From an uncultured delta proteobacterium (lineage in GTDB: Bacteria; Desulfobacterota; Binatia; UBA9968): a DNA stretch of 64,000 bases. Each line of letters begins with the position of its first letter. The first letter of the stretch is position 1. The stretch spans positions 160,001 through 224,000 of the forward strand of contig CAVSLC010000023.1 of assembly GCA_963728565.1 (NCBI GenBank). Direction: 5' to 3'. Below the pieces are notes generated by a model that saw nothing but the letters and a program-made list of their open reading frames with translations, had not been told where the DNA came from and ran no database searches. A program made the position numbers and the translations under genes. Of the stretch, positions 60,747 through 64,000 are shown in pieces.

Positions 60747-60862
60747 TTTCAAATTCTCTCTCGTATACGCGGATTTATTGGTCGTAGAACCGCAGTGCGC
60801 GCTATTTGCCGCAGCGGTAGAAAACCGATCTGCTTCAATAAGCCCAACAAGTCTGAGGAGGA

Positions 60863-62602
60863 GTGCAAGTGTATTGTCGTGCGATCGCTTGTGATTTTGA
60901 CGGTACTGGAGCGACTAACGGCCGTCCGGCGCCGGAACTTTATGCCGCGTTGGCGGCAGCACGCGGAGACGGAATCGTTACGCTTCTGGTAACCGGCCGG
61001 GTTTTGGAAGACGTACAACGCGCCTGCGAAGAGTTGTCGCCGTTCGATGCAGTAGTGGCTGAAAACGGTGCGATCATTCATCTCTGCGGTATCGACCGGA
61101 CGATTCAGCTCGGTCAGCCGCCGCCGGAACATTTTCTCGGTGAACTGCGAGCTCAGGGGGTGCCGTTTCACAGTGGCGCCGTTATCATTGGTACTTGGGA
61201 ACAACACGCTAACAAACTGTTAGAACTGGTTCGCCGTCTGGGTATCGACGGGCAGTTGGTTTTCAACCGCGCCGCACTGATGCTATTACCCAGCGGGATT
61301 AACAAGGCGATCGGTATCCGCCGCGCGTTGGATGAGTTGGGGCGTTCGGAACGTAGTTTAATCGCTTTCGGCGATGCCGAGAACGACATACCGATGTTGA
61401 TGAGTGCGGAGATGGGCGTGGCAGCTTGGGGATCAGTTCCAACGGTGGTAGCCCTCGCCGACGATTTCGTTGCGCAACCTGGCGGCGCCGGTGTTTCTCT
61501 CTATATCGGCAAGATCATAGAAAAACGCGGTATCGTTGCGACACCAAAGCGACGGGCGGTGGTACTTGGAACCTCATCGGACGGCTCTGAGGTGAGATTG
61601 CCCAGCTCAGGTACCAACGTTGTCATCAGCGGGGACCCGCGATCCGGCAAATCCTGGATCGCGGGAGTTCTATCGGAACAGCTTATTGAGGAAGGCTACC
61701 AGGTTTACATCATCGATCCTGAGGGCGACTATGCACAGATGGGGCAGCGTCCAAAGGTTGTGACCTTTGGGCCTGATTTAGCTTTGCCTTCTTCAGGGGC
61801 CGCGGCGCGGCTGCTCAGCAGCGAGCCACTCAGCACAGTATTCATACTCTCATCGTTAGCGCCTGACGAGCAGTGGAAATACGTCGACGAACTGCTCACG
61901 GCCACTCAACGAGTGCGAGATAATACGGGACTACCACACTGGGTGGTAGTCGACGAAGCTCATTACTTTTTTCAGGCAGGGAGCCCTTTGCTGAGGCATC
62001 TTAGCAGCACGACCGGGAGCTTGTGTCTGGTGACATACCGTCCGAGCTTACTCGCCGACGAAGTGTATGGATCGATCGGTGCGCATATAGTCACCAGCAC
62101 GAAAGTCGAAGACGAGCGTTACTTCGTGACTAAGATTCTTCAGGCGCATGATGGTCTCGATGTTCAAGCGCACGTAGCGCTCGACTCGCTGGAGGTGCCG
62201 CGCGCAGGATTGCTGTTAACGGCTGCGCCTGAAACGCGTTGGCAAGTTTTTACTCCGAGCAAACGCATTTCGCGCCATGCGCACCACGCTCGCAAATACG
62301 CTGATACGCGTCTATCCCAGGACAAGGCATTCCGCTTCATCAATGCGGGCGAGCCGCTTATTGCCTACAATATGATTGAATTCCATCGGGCCATCCAGTC
62401 AGCGCCTCTCGCTTCCTTACGTCATCATCTGAGTAAAGGCGACTTCTCACGCTGGGTGGGCGAGATCATTGGCGACGAGCAACTTGCCAGTGGCTTGCGT
62501 AAACTGGAGCGTAGCACCCTGCCTGGCTCAACTCTCGACCGTTCGGAGATCCTCGCCCATATCGACGACCATTATTTGATTGAACGGAGCGGAACGCAGT
62601 AA
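60863..62602 (+). CDS. Cof-type HAD phosphatase fused to a P-loop ATPase domain
   Basis: DFDGT, VTGR, AENGA, GDAEND; Walker A GDPRSGKS, IDPEGDY, Walker B VVVDEAH. Confidence 0.82.
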   Translation: MQVYCRAIACDFDGTGATNGRPAPELYAALAAARGDGIVTLLVTGRVLEDVQRACEELSPFDAVVAENGAIIHLCGIDRTIQLGQPPPEHFLGELRAQGVPFHSGAVIIGTWEQHANKLLELVRRLGIDGQLVFNRAALMLLPSGINKAIGIRRALDELGRSERSLIAFGDAENDIPMLMSAEMGVAAWGSVPTVVALADDFVAQPGGAGVSLYIGKIIEKRGIVATPKRRAVVLGTSSDGSEVRLPSSGTNVVISGDPRSGKSWIAGVLSEQLIEEGYQVYIIDPEGDYAQMGQRPKVVTFGPDLALPSSGAAARLLSSEPLSTVFILSSLAPDEQWKYVDELLTATQRVRDNTGLPHWVVVDEAHYFFQAGSPLLRHLSSTTGSLCLVTYRPSLLADEVYGSIGAHIVTSTKVEDERYFVTKILQAHDGLDVQAHVALDSLEVPRAGLLLTAAPETRWQVFTPSKRISRHAHHARKYADTRLSQDKAFRFINAGEPLIAYNMIEFHRAIQSAPLASLRHHLSKGDFSRWVGEIIGDEQLASGLRKLERSTLPGSTLDRSEILAHIDDHYLIERSGTQ

Positions 62603-62682
62603 TCTCGACGGCCAGGGTCGCGGCGGCGTTGTCGGCGAATCTGGCGGCGCAGTTTGTTCGCCGAATGCATGGCACGCCGCCA

Positions 62683-64000
62683 TTAGGATGCCGTGGCCGC
62701 CCGCGGTGCCGGCTGGGCAGCTTCGATTTCCAGGATTCTAATCGTCGTTTTGAGAACCGCATCGGGATTGAGCGAGATGCTGTCGATGCCCAATGCGACG
62801 AGAAAAGCGGCAAACTCGGGATAATCACTGGGCGCCTGGCCGCAGATGCCGATCTTTTTGCCTTTGCTCCTGGCGGCTTGAATGACACTGCCAATCATTT
62901 TTGTCACGGCCGGATTGCGCTCATCGAAAACATGCGCGACGATCTCCGAGTCGCGGTCCACGCCCAGAACGAGCTGGGTCAGATCGTTGGAGCCGATGGA
63001 GAAGCCGTCGAAGATATCGGCGAATTCGTTTGCCAGGATGACGTTACTGGGAATTTCGCACATGACGTAGACCTGCAGTTCGTTGATGCCGCGTTTCAAT
63101 CCGTGTTTTTCCATCTCTTCGAGCACGCGCCGCCCTTCCCCCACCGTGCGGCAGAATGGAACCATAAGCTTCACGTTGGTGAGGCCCATTTCGTCGCGCA
63201 CCTTTTTCATGGCGCGGCATTCCAATGCGAAGCCGGCTTGATAACGCGGATCGTAGTAGCGTGAAGCGCCGCGGAAGCCGATCATGGGATTCTCTTCAAT
63301 AGGTTCGTACGCCTTGCCGCCGATCAGGTTCGCATACTCGTTGGTCTTGAAGTCGCTCAGGCGGACGATCACGTCCTTGGGATAAAAAGCGGCGCCAATC
63401 ATGGCCACGCCTTGAGCCAGCTTGTCGATGAAGAACTGGGACTTGTCATTGTAACCGGCGGTAAGCCGCTCGATCTCGACGCGCGCGGCGTGGTCTTCGA
63501 GGCGGTTGAAGTCGAGCAAGGCCAGCGGGTGAATCTTGATATAGGTCGTGATGATAAACTCTTCTCGCGCGAGACCGACTCCATCGTTGGGCATAAACGA
63601 CAGGTGAAAAGCCTCCTCCGGATTCCCGACATTCATCATGACCTTGGTGTGCGGTCTCGGCAGCTCTTGAAGGTTGATGCGTTCGATATCGAATTGCAGG
63701 GAGCCCTCGTAAACAAAGCCGATTTCACCCTCGGCGCAGGAAACCGTGACCGCTTGCCCGTCTTTCAAGTTTTCGGTCCCATTGGCAGTTCCGACCACCG
63801 CTGGTAGACCCAATTCGCGACTGACAATCGCCGCATGGCAAGTTCTGCCGCCGCGATCGGTGACGATCGCCGCCGCTTTTTTCATGGTCGGCTCCCAATC
63901 GGGATCGGTTTTTTCCGTGACGAGGACGTCGCCGTCCCGGACCTCGTCAAGATTCTGAGCGCTTCTGACGACGCGCACGGGCCCGCGGGCGATTTTTTCG
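62683..64000 (-). CDS. ppsA: Phosphoenolpyruvate synthase, C-terminal part (5' end outside window)
   Basis: [50 protein letters not shown]. Confidence 0.95.
   Translation of the reverse strand, partial: EKIARGPVRVVRSAQNLDEVRDGDVLVTEKTDPDWEPTMKKAAAIVTDRGGRTCHAAIVSRELGLPAVVGTANGTENLKDGQAVTVSCAEGEIGFVYEGSLQFDIERINLQELPRPHTKVMMNVGNPEEAFHLSFMPNDGVGLAREEFIITTYIKIHPLALLDFNRLEDHAARVEIERLTAGYNDKSQFFIDKLAQGVAMIGAAFYPKDVIVRLSDFKTNEYANLIGGKAYEPIEENPMIGFRGASRYYDPRYQAGFALECRAMKKVRDEMGLTNVKLMVPFCRTVGEGRRVLEEMEKHGLKRGINELQVYVMCEIPSNVILANEFADIFDGFSIGSNDLTQLVLGVDRDSEIVAHVFDERNPAVTKMIGSVIQAARSKGKKIGICGQAPSDYPEFAAFLVALGIDSISLNPDAVLKTTIRILEIEAAQPAPRAATAS

Noticed and set aside
62629-63264. 211-aa plus-strand ORF and similar overlapping antisense ORFs throughout the track
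   Set aside because: Antisense shadows of well-supported genes in GC-rich DNA, with no motifs or SD.

Overview
Bacterial chromosome segment, GC-rich, with gene order suggesting a deltaproteobacterium-like or Candidatus Binatia-like organism (inference). It has four parts. (1) 1-31.3 kb is housekeeping: ThDP enzyme, SirB1-like protein, B12 radical SAM, ftsEX-envC-ctpA, xseA-M23-xseB, ispA-dxs-tlyA, rpsU-yqeY-cvpA-dnaG-rpoD and tRNA-Ile2(CAU). (2) A ~10 kb carotenoid glycoside-ester cluster (crtE/crtI/crtB/cruF plus glycosyl- and acyltransferase) sits between xseB and ispA. It carries an unusual cobalamin-binding regulator with a C-terminal XRE-type HTH, and a perfect palindrome lies in its divergent promoter. 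(3) A decayed integrase and phage-like remnant follow the tRNA 3' end. (4) From ~35.9 kb to the end is a stress/dormancy cluster (Hsp20, USPs, CBS, HPF-CSD, PncB, PRTase, Rv2004c-like kinase, DksA paralogs, ppsA) around a soluble GAF-GAF-hemePAS-hemePAS kinase and an NtrC-type activator. Ten sigma-54 promoter-like sites and six paired TT(C/T)(T/G)CA-N4-TG(A/C/G)GAA sites were found there by eye, suggesting an O2-sensing sigma-54 regulon analogous to the mycobacterial DosR regulon. Single-base frameshifts in conserved genes look like sequencing indels, while in-frame stops in the integrase and pyk look like real decay. All calls come from motif recognition; no database search was run.
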